This document shows, in pieces, positions 12,851-22,493 of a DNA stretch of 35,765 nt. The stretch is from Bigelowiella natans CCMP2755 (Eukaryota; Protista; Cercozoa). The notes below the pieces were generated by a model. The model searched no databases. It saw nothing but the letters and a program-made list of their open reading frames with translations, and was not told the DNA's origin. Position numbers and translations under genes: made by a program. The stretch's first letter is position 1. Every line of letters begins with the position of its first letter. The stretch spans positions 1 through 35,765 of the forward strand of contig ADNK01001702.1 of assembly GCA_000320545.1 (NCBI GenBank). The letters are read 5' to 3'.

Positions 12851-13201
12851 TTCGATATATAAAAATACTATACGCTCTCAATTGAGAAACCACTGATGAA
12901 CTTTATTTAGGCAAAATTTACACAATCATAAATAACGTAGTCAGGTGATATTAATCTATGAGAAAGCATTTTCGTTGAACTTCTTTCTTTGAAGTTTGTT
13001 AAAACTCCTCTATCGTACGTCTCTCCTGGTTCGAAAATCATAACTGATATAACATTTGAAACAATATGTCCGCCAAGGATGAGTTGGCAACTCTCCTTCT
13101 TCCAAACTAGTTGAGTTGTTAAGTTAGGATTATCAACACCCATATATGATCTTCATTAACATTTCTTGAGGTATCCATTCGACGTGTTGTCTTAAAGAGA
13201 T

Positions 13202-14380
13202 TTAAGCTCTGTAAACACCACAAACCACAGCATGATCTCGCTCGTAAGGTTCCAATGTAACTTGTTCTTTAGGTTTGAACCCCATGCCTTGCAAGACCTT
13301 GACCTCGTTAGCGAACACGATGTTTGCAGGGAGGGTGGAGTCAATGCAATTCGCCTTGATAGAGATGCAGAAGAAACCTCCGGACTTTAGGAAATACCGT
13401 GCATTATGTCCAACAATACGAGCCTGATCGGGCTGTGCTACATCAGCGAATACCACATCCACCATGCTGACGAGCTGCCTGTATTTCAAAGGGTGTCGGG
13501 CATCCTCAACGATTGGAATGATGTTTGTCCTTCGTTTGGCTACATTGACGAGGTCACGACCAGGCCTTGGAGCGAATTCAACAGCGTACACAGCACCCTC
13601 CTATTTGTGGGGAGGAAAAAGTTAATAAAACAGACAGGTTGGTATGAATGGAAGAAGAAAAAGAAGAAGAAACGATCAAATTGGGGGGAAAAGATTAGGA
13701 GATATCTGCCGGCAAATCGTAAAAGTAGTACCGGTCCAACGATATCTGAACAGTGAGAAACTGTGGTTCCAGATGCAGCCCCAAGGTACAAAAGCTTTGA
13801 GCCTGGTTGGATGTATATTTCCCCAATCCCACCGAGAACAGCAGCTGCTAGCTTGGACCGGAATGGGTTCCAAACGCGGTACTCAATCTTACCCACCTTT
13901 TCGTCCTCGACAGCGATCCTTTTCTCTCCATACACAGATTGGCCCATGTCCATATTCTTTGTGAGCAAAGAGTCTTCCTTTGTGCCCTTTGCAATGTAAA
14001 TTCCTTTGAGGCGATGAGGAACAACACTCACTTTTTTAGATTTTCCTCCTCCCCTTCCTCCACGTCCTCCTACATTGGTCGGGATTCCAAAAGAAATTAG
14101 TAATTATGAAAATTGACGGTAACAATTTTGAATGGGCACTACTAATTAGTCTATATTCCTCGAAAAAGAATAAGGTTCTCGATTTCCTCTAACTAGGAAA
14201 ATTAGAACCTCTTCCTCCTCGTCCACCACCGCGTCCGCGCCCGCGTCCGCGTCCACGTCCGCCTCGTCCTCCTCTTCCTCCGCGTCCTCCGCGTCCTCCT
14301 CTTCCTCCTCGTCCGCCTCTTCCTCCTCTTCCGCCTCTGCCTCCTCTGAATCCTCTGCCTCCTCTGCCGCGTCCTCTCAT
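13202..14380 (-). CDS. FBL: Fibrillarin (box C/D snoRNP rRNA 2'-O-methyltransferase), 302 aa, 3 exons
   Basis: Exons 14380-14209, 14069-13732, 13600-13202 (909 nt). N-terminal RGG/GAR tract, then [92 protein letters not shown]. Confidence 0.98.
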
Positions 14381-14964
14381 TAGTATGTTCAGATTTTATC
14401 AAAACAATTAATTTCCCCGACCGTTATATATTTCATGGAATTCAATATTATTAAGATTTGCGACAACAATTATATATTGTCTTTCTCATTTAAATGTAGA
14501 ATTTTTGTCTCCGTGTTGGCGTGATTCCATCGAAGTTTTCACTTGTGAGTACTACCTACTGAAATGATGTACGAAACGATTTAGTTTTTGTACTGCGACA
14601 ACCATGATCATGATTCTTCACAAGAATTGCCTACTTAGCTCCATCAGCGTTCATGGGCGGATGTGTCTTGTTGGTTGGGCAGATCACGCTGGTGCGGATG
14701 AGTTGGCGTGACTCATGATCCTCTCAACTGCTTCTGAGGAACTACCTCATTGATCCATTTCAATCATTCAGGATCCTTTCAACTGCTCCAATGGAAATGT
14801 TTCTTTCTTTGTTTGTGTTGGGTCCTTTCAACCGCTGGACCCCTTGTTGAATCACTTCACTGATTCATTCATTCTTTCATTGCTCGCGTCGTGTGAAACG
14901 AATTCTCACGTTTTCTTTGATTGCTCTTGATGGGGGAGGACGTGGATGGACGTGGATGAGTTGG

Positions 14965-15115
14965 TGCGTCTGATGGTTCTTTCGCATCGAGCGTTGGAAC
15001 TGCTTCGTTCGTTCGTTCACGTCGATGATCTCCACACACTCCACACTTCGTGCGCATGCGTCTGATGATCCTTTCGATTCAAGCATTGGAACTGATTCAT
15101 TCATTCATCCATTCG
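14965..15115 (+). repeat. Diverged ~55 bp direct repeat
   Basis: tgcgtctgatggttctttcgcatcgagcgttggaactgcttcgttcgttcgttc (14965) vs tgcgtctgatgatcctttcgattcaagcattggaactgattcattcattcatcc (15057); differences mostly CG/CA. Confidence 0.8.
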
Positions 15116-15200
15116 CTCACACCACCCCAGCACACGCACGCGCTGTTGTGTGTGCTGATGACAATGAACGATGCGACTTGCACGGCCGAGACGTCGCGTG

Positions 15201-15246
<46 letters not shown>

Positions 15247-16297
15247 TGTGTGTGTGTGTTTGTGATGCATGCATGTGCACACACGTGTGAAACATCTTTG
15301 CTGGCGGGCCACAATGTGCACGTCTTGTGATCTGATTCAATTCATTGTGAATTGCACGCAATGCTGGAATGGGGAATCGAGAACCAGCGCGAACACGAAG
15401 GAATCGTGCAACACACTGAACACGCTCATCTGTTGAACAAATTCAATTGATTGATTGCATCCGTCTTGCAGCTGCATGGTGAACTTCCTGGATGCACAGC
15501 GGTGTCTGCCAGTCTGTGGCGTCTGTGCCAGTGTGGCGTCCAGGCGTGTGACAATTGTGCGACGTGTGCGGCTGATCACGGGGTCTGGGGGTGGGTGATT
15601 GGCTTCTGCCAGTTCAGAGGGCTAGAGGGTCAATCGCGTTGCGAGTTTGGGAGTGCTGTGTGGACACATGTGTCCCCATGCGTGTGGCCGTCTGCGACGT
15701 GTGCAAACTTGGTGCACGTGCAGTGGCTTGTTTGGTGCATGTGTGGACGTGAACAGAGCATGTGTGCTTTTCAGGCACGTGTGGTGTGCATGGGTGCATG
15801 TGTTCCTTGCGCGCACACGCACAAGGACACACGTGTCCCTGCAGTGCACGTGTGCATTGCCAACAGCGATGCCAGCTAGCCAGCGCGACAAGGTGCACGA
15901 TGATGAGTCAGTCGTGTCGTGCGGAGGACGCAACGGTCCGCATTGGCATTTTGGCTTGCGTGATTGACCAGTTTCCAGCTGCATGCACAAAATGGGCAGT
16001 GTGGGTCGCATTGCGATGGCCAATTGGCCAAGCCAGTGACGTGCGATTGCAAAACGGACCAGTGGACCAGCGGACCATGCGGATGCAATGAAGCAATCAA
16101 TTTTTTCTGTCGCCATTGTCATTCAAATGCGGCCACATGCGGCTCTCTGAACTGGACAGCGTGTGATTGTGTTTGTTTGTTTCAGCAAAATGCATGCGCG
16201 AGCACGTGCTTCATGCTTGCAATCATTCTTGCAAACTTGGTGTTGTGGTTTCGCCAGCGGTCTGCCGAGCGCGCGAGCGAGCGCATTTGATTGTCTG

Positions 16298-17910
16298 TGG
16301 GGCTGGGCACAAATGCTTGAAATCAAATGCATTTGAACAAACATCATTTGTTCAAATCAAACACTTGTTTGCATGAGCTAGAGCAGCATTTGAACAAACC
16401 AAACACGAGTTTGCAAGTGTTTGGTGTTTGGAAATGATTTTTCAAAATGTTCGCATTTGTTCAAACCAAATCAAATCAAATGCATTTGCAAATGTTTTTG
16501 GAAACATTTCAAGAAAATCACCAAAATTGAGCTTTTGCATGCGTCTAGCGTGGCCAATCATTGCCGACATGGCTAGCCAAATTTGAGATCGCCTGAGTTT
16601 GCGTTGTTGGTGAATTTCTGAAGAAAAATCACCTACGTGGCCACGGCGACCAGGCTAGCTAGCTAGGCCTGCGCATGTGCTGCGCATGCGCAGCATGTGC
16701 GCACCACAGCACGCAGCCGCCATGCCATGCGCCAGCACACGTGCTGCGCACTGCTGCTCTAGTGCTGTTGGACTGCACATGCCAGCATGTGCATTGCTAG
16801 ATTGTGACGGACCATTGAAAAAAGTGACAGATCATTTCATTGCAGCCGTCTCGCTGCCATCTCGCCAGCATCTCGCACTGATGAAACTTCATTGCTGCTA
16901 GCTCTAGTTGGCTAGGGCTAGCTAGTCAGCAGCACGTGCAGCAGCTGCTGTTGCGATCGTGCACATCTTGCGAGAGCGCAGCTCATTCTCATTGGTGCAA
17001 CAAACTAGCAATCAAAAACATGTGTCTGCAACATGCTGCATTGCTTTTGCTTCCCTGATTTCACCAAAGAAACAACCAACCAGATGCCATGTTGGTGCTG
17101 TTTCAAATCGCATTCACAATTGACAACCCCACCCGCAGGGCTTGTCATTTTCCATCAGAATGCATCTTCATGCATGAAGCTCCATTTTGGAGAAGCATCA
17201 CTCGGCATGAAAAGGAAAATGATGATTTGAAGCCACGTCAGTCGAGTCCGAACGCATCCTCTCGTTGTGTGGCTTGACACTGACAGCGCGTCGAAGTGCA
17301 TTGTCGACAGACACAGCTGAAGCATTGCTAGATTGGCAATGCTCAACAAATTGTCAAAGTTGGACAGATTTTGGAAAGTTCTCAAACACGAGAAAGGCAC
17401 AGCTGGAGGTTCAAAAGTGGAGAAAAACAGTTCCTGAGTCTGTGGGGCTGAGTCCTGAGTCCTGAGTAGCCATGAGACGGATGCAATGAAGTGATCAAAT
17501 CTTTCAAATGGCAGCATGTGTGCGCCATGATGCCACACATCTGCATTGTACATGCGCATGGCGTCTACGCAACAACTGTGTCCATCCACAATGAGTTGTG
17601 AAGTTGTGCCTGTGCGATTGTTTGTTCCCTTTGTCACACGTTGCACAATGCGCATTCAAATGCATTGCGATTTGGTCTGTCATGTCGTGCTTTGCGCGCA
17701 GCTGCGCGGGAACGTTTCAAATTTTTCAAATCATTTGCAAATGATTTTCACAGGAAAATGTTTGCAAACACTGCTTCTTGTTCGAACATTATTTGAACAA
17801 ACCAAACACTAGTTTCGCGACATGTAGGCATTGTTTGTTCAAATCAAACATTTGTTCAGAAGCAAAGCAAAGTATTTCCAAATAAAAAAAATTATTTGTG
17901 CCCAGCTCTA
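16298..17910 (+). mobile_element. Non-autonomous (internally deleted) hAT DNA transposon, 1613 bp
   Basis: TIRs TGGGGCTGGGCACAAAT (16298) and reverse-complement TAGAGCTGGGCACAAAT (ending 17910); perfect 8-bp TSD ATTGTCTG at 16290-16297 and 17911-17918; subterminal ATTTGAACAAAC/TTTGTTCAAA arrays at both ends; internal transposase remnant. Confidence 0.95.
17229..17330 (+). pseudogene. hAT transposase C-terminal dimerisation-domain remnant
   Basis: EATSVESERILSLCGLTLTARRSALSTDTAEALL matches the hAT dimerisation motif (ATS..SER.FS..G...T.RR..L.....EAL); an in-frame stop lies just upstream. Confidence 0.88.
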
Positions 17911-18321
17911 ATTGTCTGCAACTGTGCACCACATGGCACATGCATCTGTTCAACAGCATCACATTTCCCATCGGATGCCATGAATGTGTGCGTCTGTCTG
18001 CCATGCACATTGATTGTCATCTAGTCATGGTAGTCACATGTGAATGTCATTGTGCGCAGTATGGATGTGCAGGCCGCCAGAATTCCGTCGAATCGGCACG
18101 AATTCCAACTAAACATGCAACTTAGCGTGTGAAATGACATGCAGCCATGCAAATCAGCAGCTCGACCCCATAAAATTAACAAATTGACAATGAATGTAAC
18201 CATCGACTGTTCGGTCAAGTAACTGATCATATCACACAAAAGGCTGCTGAATTTGAAATTTAATATACTCTAAATTACTTTCCATAGAATATGTTTCATA
18301 TTTGCTATGTAACACTTGCTT

Positions 18322-19609
18322 CTATGGCAGCATCGTGATGTTACCATCTGAATCTATTGACCCTAAAAAATGATTGCCTCTTAGTGGAATGAGAGGAAAA
18401 TCTCGCCATAAGCCATTTAAAGTAACATCCATAAATTTTCTCATCTGCACACCAGCGTTTTCAGTGCGCCACTCCTTGTAATGGCGCAAGGGTCGCTTTA
18501 GGGCTGCGTTAGGATTATAGTGTGTCGCTGAAATGTAATTTAAGACCCCCATATTAAAGTCTGCATGCTTTTTTGCACAATAAGGATAGAGGGCAAGATC
18601 AGAGCCCCATCCTTTGCTCAACTTAATGTGATCAGAGCAGGCATAGAAGCATTCCCAACCTCTCAAATTGAACCCAACAAAAAATATCTCGATGAAATCG
18701 GTTAGAACAACTTTCATGGATGATGTAACCCTACTATCCTGTCCCCTCTTTACGAGGGAATGCGTGGAACCTGCAATCGTTGGTGAGAATATATCTAGGC
18801 CGATGCTTTCGACAAACGCTAGATCCCTATCCACATGAAAATCATTCCCCACTATAACATCGTCCTGAATCGCTATAATGTAGTCGAAACCAGCTTCCTT
18901 AACCAATACCGGGTTCATGAATCTTGTAAAGTCTGCGTAGTGCGAGCCCGGGACATAAAACACTTCGCATAATTGCTCCAGTTCATCAATGATTTTTCGA
19001 TCGCCCTCAAAGGGATACATTTGATAATCTTCTTTCATGATGTACGAACCAATGACACAATGGAGGTCTGTCTCCTCTGCGGTAAATTGGAATCTCTTCA
19101 CCGTCTGGAGAACATTTCGTATCCGGATCGGATCTTTACACCCAATTCCAGGGATGTATAACATGATCTTCAAAGGCCTAACATTCATAGCATGTAAGGG
19201 AGTACACTTGAGGAATAGAGAGAGATGCTGGGCCAAAGACATGGACGCGCCTTTGTCAGGAACATGTTTTGCTAACGAGGAAACTTTTGGTGTCAAAATT
19301 GTCATATTGTCACCTTGAGGTTGCATTTCTGGAAATATTTGCAAATCGATTTTCCTTAGTCTCATTGTTGAAAGACTCTAGGTAATCGTTGTGGTGTTTC
19401 TGAAGTATAGATGATGCATCCAGAGGTATGCTATTCAATGAAGCCAGAGTCTGTAAACCATCTTCATTATAAGACTCTGGCAAAGACCAGACCAGCCAGA
19501 TGCACCCAATGAGGGTCAATACAATATATACCCTTTTTGGTAGGATACGGAAGGACGTCTTTGAACTACCTTCTAAGGTGGTGGTGGTGGTATCTGGAAT
19601 CTCCCCCAT
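18322..19609 (-). CDS. Type II membrane protein with a DUF707-like (glycosyltransferase-like) domain, 2 exons
   Basis: The two overlapping ORFs join through a phase-compatible 136-nt GT-AG intron (19313-19178): ..NATSR|PLKIML.. N-terminal TM segment VYIVLTLIGCIWLVW; motifs FDYIIAIQDDV, GLDIFSPTI, FIEIFFVGF...WECF and GWGSDL resemble the DUF707 series YDYIF.WDED, GLEISQP, FVE.MAPVF...W.C, GWGLD (recalled pattern, not searched). Confidence 0.7.
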
Positions 19610-19642
19610 GCTCGTGCTCGTAGGAGCCCAACCAACTACCAA

Positions 19643-19689
<47 letters not shown>

Positions 19690-19779
19690 ATTATGTAAAT
19701 TGCCGTAATATCATGGTGTGCGACAAAGCTGATACATCAAAAAAGTACTAAAAATGGTATTCCGAAAAGAGGAAGTTGT

Positions 19780-20980
19780 TTGCAGTGACATTTCTCTTTC
19801 TGAGAGCACAAAACAGCATGAGAACTCAAAAAGAGCCAAGGGATTCCAGGTGTGCGACGTCGAAAATTCCATGTCGTTTTTTCCTAATGAAGGTTTGATC
19901 ACACCCGACAACTCCCTTTGACGCAATGGATCAACCTAGCCCATCCATTCGTGTTTTCTAGCCTTCAAGCACCAGCCCGCACCAGCGTAGTGAAGATGAC
20001 TGTGCATGTTGCGCGATGATGGACATGTGACATGATCATCGCGTGCGCATTGCGTCGCATGGCTGTGCACTGCACCATGCCATGTGTCGCAAGCAATTTT
20101 CCAAAATGACACACCACTGAACAGGTGACTGACTGGCACAAGAACATGACAGCTAGCAAGATGACGTGTCCTGCGCTGCGCAATGAGCTTTTGAATTGGT
20201 CTTTGCAGACCATGCGTCGTGAAGTTTCCACCAGTTTCATTCTTTTGGCTTCTGCAGAGCCAACAAGCGACGCGTGCATGCAAGGTGCGCATGAAGCATT
20301 GCAGACATCACGCAACAAAGTGTGCACATCGTGCACTGTGTCTGTCATCAAAGAGTTTTCAAGTTCACACACCATTGTGCACGGACAATTGTTTTGAAAA
20401 ACTGATTGCAACTGCCCATGTGATGCATGGTGACCGCCACAAGTCCGTCAAACCTGTGACGAATCGCCAGAATGTGCATTTGGAAGCTTTTGCGCGCGAC
20501 CAAGCGCGTCATGTGATGCAATGGACATTGGATTTGCTCGCATTTCTTTGAAATTTTCTGTGCACATCACATTTGGTCAAACGCACACGCAAAAGCATTC
20601 AAAATGTGGCAGAGAACAAACGCGCAGCGTGCATCCGCTGCACAACGGGTGTGAATTTTCACACTTTGAGGCCTTGAAAATGGACATTTTGGTCAACATT
20701 TCAATCATTTTTTCAGGTTTGGCCATCGGACAAGTTCTGATGACTTTTCTTTGACTAACTGCAACTGCCTGCTGCTTGCAAAGCGCGTCGCAAAGCGCTG
20801 CACTGTTCACAACCCCGTCGTTACCGGGTTTGACGGACTTGTGATGAGTATGAAATCGAAAGCCTCATTGCGCGAAACGGCAAAAACTGCTGATTCTAAT
20901 CATTTAGCTGTGAAGTGTTTCAAGTGATTTTGCATTGTGCATGCCGTGCATTTTTGCTGGTTTTGCTTTCGTTCATTCAA
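19780..20980. other. TpA-depleted intergenic island 4
   Basis: No TpA seen from 20161 to ~20750; survivors in 19861-20760 are CTAG x3, CTAA x2 and GTAG. Confidence 0.9.
20438..20843. mobile_element. MITE-like element, ~406 bp, superfamily uncertain
   Basis: Perfect 17-bp inverted repeat CACAAGTCCGTCAAACC (20438) / GGTTTGACGGACTTGTG (ends 20843); no external TSD found. Confidence 0.75.
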
Positions 20981-21743
20981 TCCCTATGATAGTTTGTTGG
21001 TGAGAACCACCACCACCATCACCACCACCACAGTAGCCACAACTATCGAATAATGCCCCGTTGTTACAATACTAAATGACCTCCACGCAGTTGCCGAGAC
21101 GGTATATCTGCAGCAGATGTTGAATACCACATGCATGACTATTTGCATGTACACAGTACTACATGTTTTATGATAGGTTGTTCTCTATGGAATATACTTA
21201 TCTCGCCAAAAGATAAATATTTCACTCGATCTCAGGATGATTACTTTCCCACCCCTACAAAAGCTGTTGTAGGAAGAATAGCCATGGCAGGAAGAAGAGC
21301 TTCTGAAGGCGCCAATCTTAACCCCGCTTACACTCTTCGAATACAGGATGCATCGTGACAAATAGAATCGCTCCGAAATGGATAGCGGTGATGACGATGC
21401 TAATTTTTGAAGATGAAGTGGAAGAAGCCTTTGCAACCCCTAAAATTTAGATCAAACACACAAAATTAACTCAAATGATAGAGAAACGTCGGACGATGGG
21501 TCGCTTTTATCATTGCACTTCCATCAGAGGTAAAAAATGAGACACTTTGATTAAATACTTCAGTTAAATCATCAGATAACAAACTACGTACTGTTTACAA
21601 AGATATTTCTTTCTCTTCCTCCCCAAGTTTCCTTCCTTCTCCTCCTCCTCTTCTCTCAAGCTGCTGCTGCAGTGCCATCTGCATAACACGAACTCAAATT
21701 ACGGATATCGGAAAGATGTGAAGGAACGGTTAGGAAGGTTTAC

Positions 21744-22026
21744 CATTTCTATTTGAAGAAGTCACTTGTTGACAATTTTTGTGACGGTAACTGAAGAATC
21801 GGCATACGAGTTGCATGCTCACCAGTTCTACTGGCAACAAAGCCCAGAGCACCCATCCTAGTATCTCCAATGGAATCTTTACTAGCCCTCCGCCGTGGTT
21901 ACATTTATGCCTTTCTGTCGTTTCCTCCTCTTCTAAAAGTATGAAGGGAATGGGGTGGTCATTGAAAGATATGTAATCTCATTTACTGCTCTTTCCTTCC
22001 GTCGCCTTCCCCTCATTCGAACACAT
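21744..22026 (-). CDS. F-box-domain protein (partial model; other exons unresolved)
   Basis: Exons 22026-21987 and 21932-21744 are in phase. 21885-21793 encodes LVKIPLEILGWVLWALLPVELVSMQLVCRFF, fitting the F-box pattern L..LP.EIL..IL..L...DL.....VCK.W. Not in the ORF track. Confidence 0.65.
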
Positions 22027-22493
22027 TTTCTTCAAATGCTTCTAGGAAACAATGAAAGGAAGAAGGATCTAACTGGGGGGTGGTGTCTGGGCTAAATATG
22101 CCCCTCCCCGTCCCCCCTAATATAAATGTTCATACCTCTTGATCTCATCGGAGGAGTTTGAGGCAACGATCGATCGACGTGCACCGAGAGATATATGTTG
22201 TTCTGATTTTTAGGGTTTTCACATCATTGTGCTTGTCGCACTTGAAGAATACACGCGGTTTTGTGTATCCATGGAGGATTTATTGAGTTCAATCGGAAAG
22301 ATGAGGAGGAAGGGGAAGGAGGAGGAATCCTGAGACGCAGAAACGAGAGGGGAGGTGAGAGCTCCCAGAATATAATCGGTCGACTAAACCTAAGCATATG
22401 CAAGGAAGAAGATTCTTCACGAATTCATCTCCATCAATTCGCATACGATTGATCGTCGATAGAAAAAGGGATAAACCTGATCTCTAAAACAGC

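Larger units (their letters stand above)
9252..17511. repeat. Short dispersed repeat family (~30-45 bp), at least 6 copies
   Basis: Core GAGAYGGATG-YA-ATGAAD-YR-AT-YR-AATCTTTTC at 9252-9277(+), 12151-12197(+), 15436-15467(-), 16080-16107(+), 16809-16852(-), 17472-17511(+). Confidence 0.8.
14645..18150. other. TpA-depleted intergenic island 3 (largest; contains the hAT element)
   Basis: Manual count 14761-17460: 18 TpA in 2700 bp, 17 in CTAG and 1 in CTAC; no TpA at all from ~14745 to 15622. Confidence 0.95.

Noticed and set aside
13601-14208. Intronic box C/D snoRNAs in fibrillarin introns
   Set aside because: No RUGAUGA/CUGA box pair seen on the sense strand.
14645-18150. CpG-methylation decay or classical RIP as the cause of the TG/CA excess
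   Set aside because: CpG is abundant in the islands (gcgcgcgagcgagcgc at 16269) and TpA is lost rather than gained.
19310-19365. Frameshift or pseudogene at the overlap of ORFs 19310-19642 and 18322-19365
   Set aside because: Resolved by a phase-compatible 136-nt GT-AG intron (19313-19178).
20073-20432. Possible second degenerate TIR element (caccatgc...caaaa) next to the MITE
   Set aside because: The match needs gaps and several mismatches, and no TSD is present.
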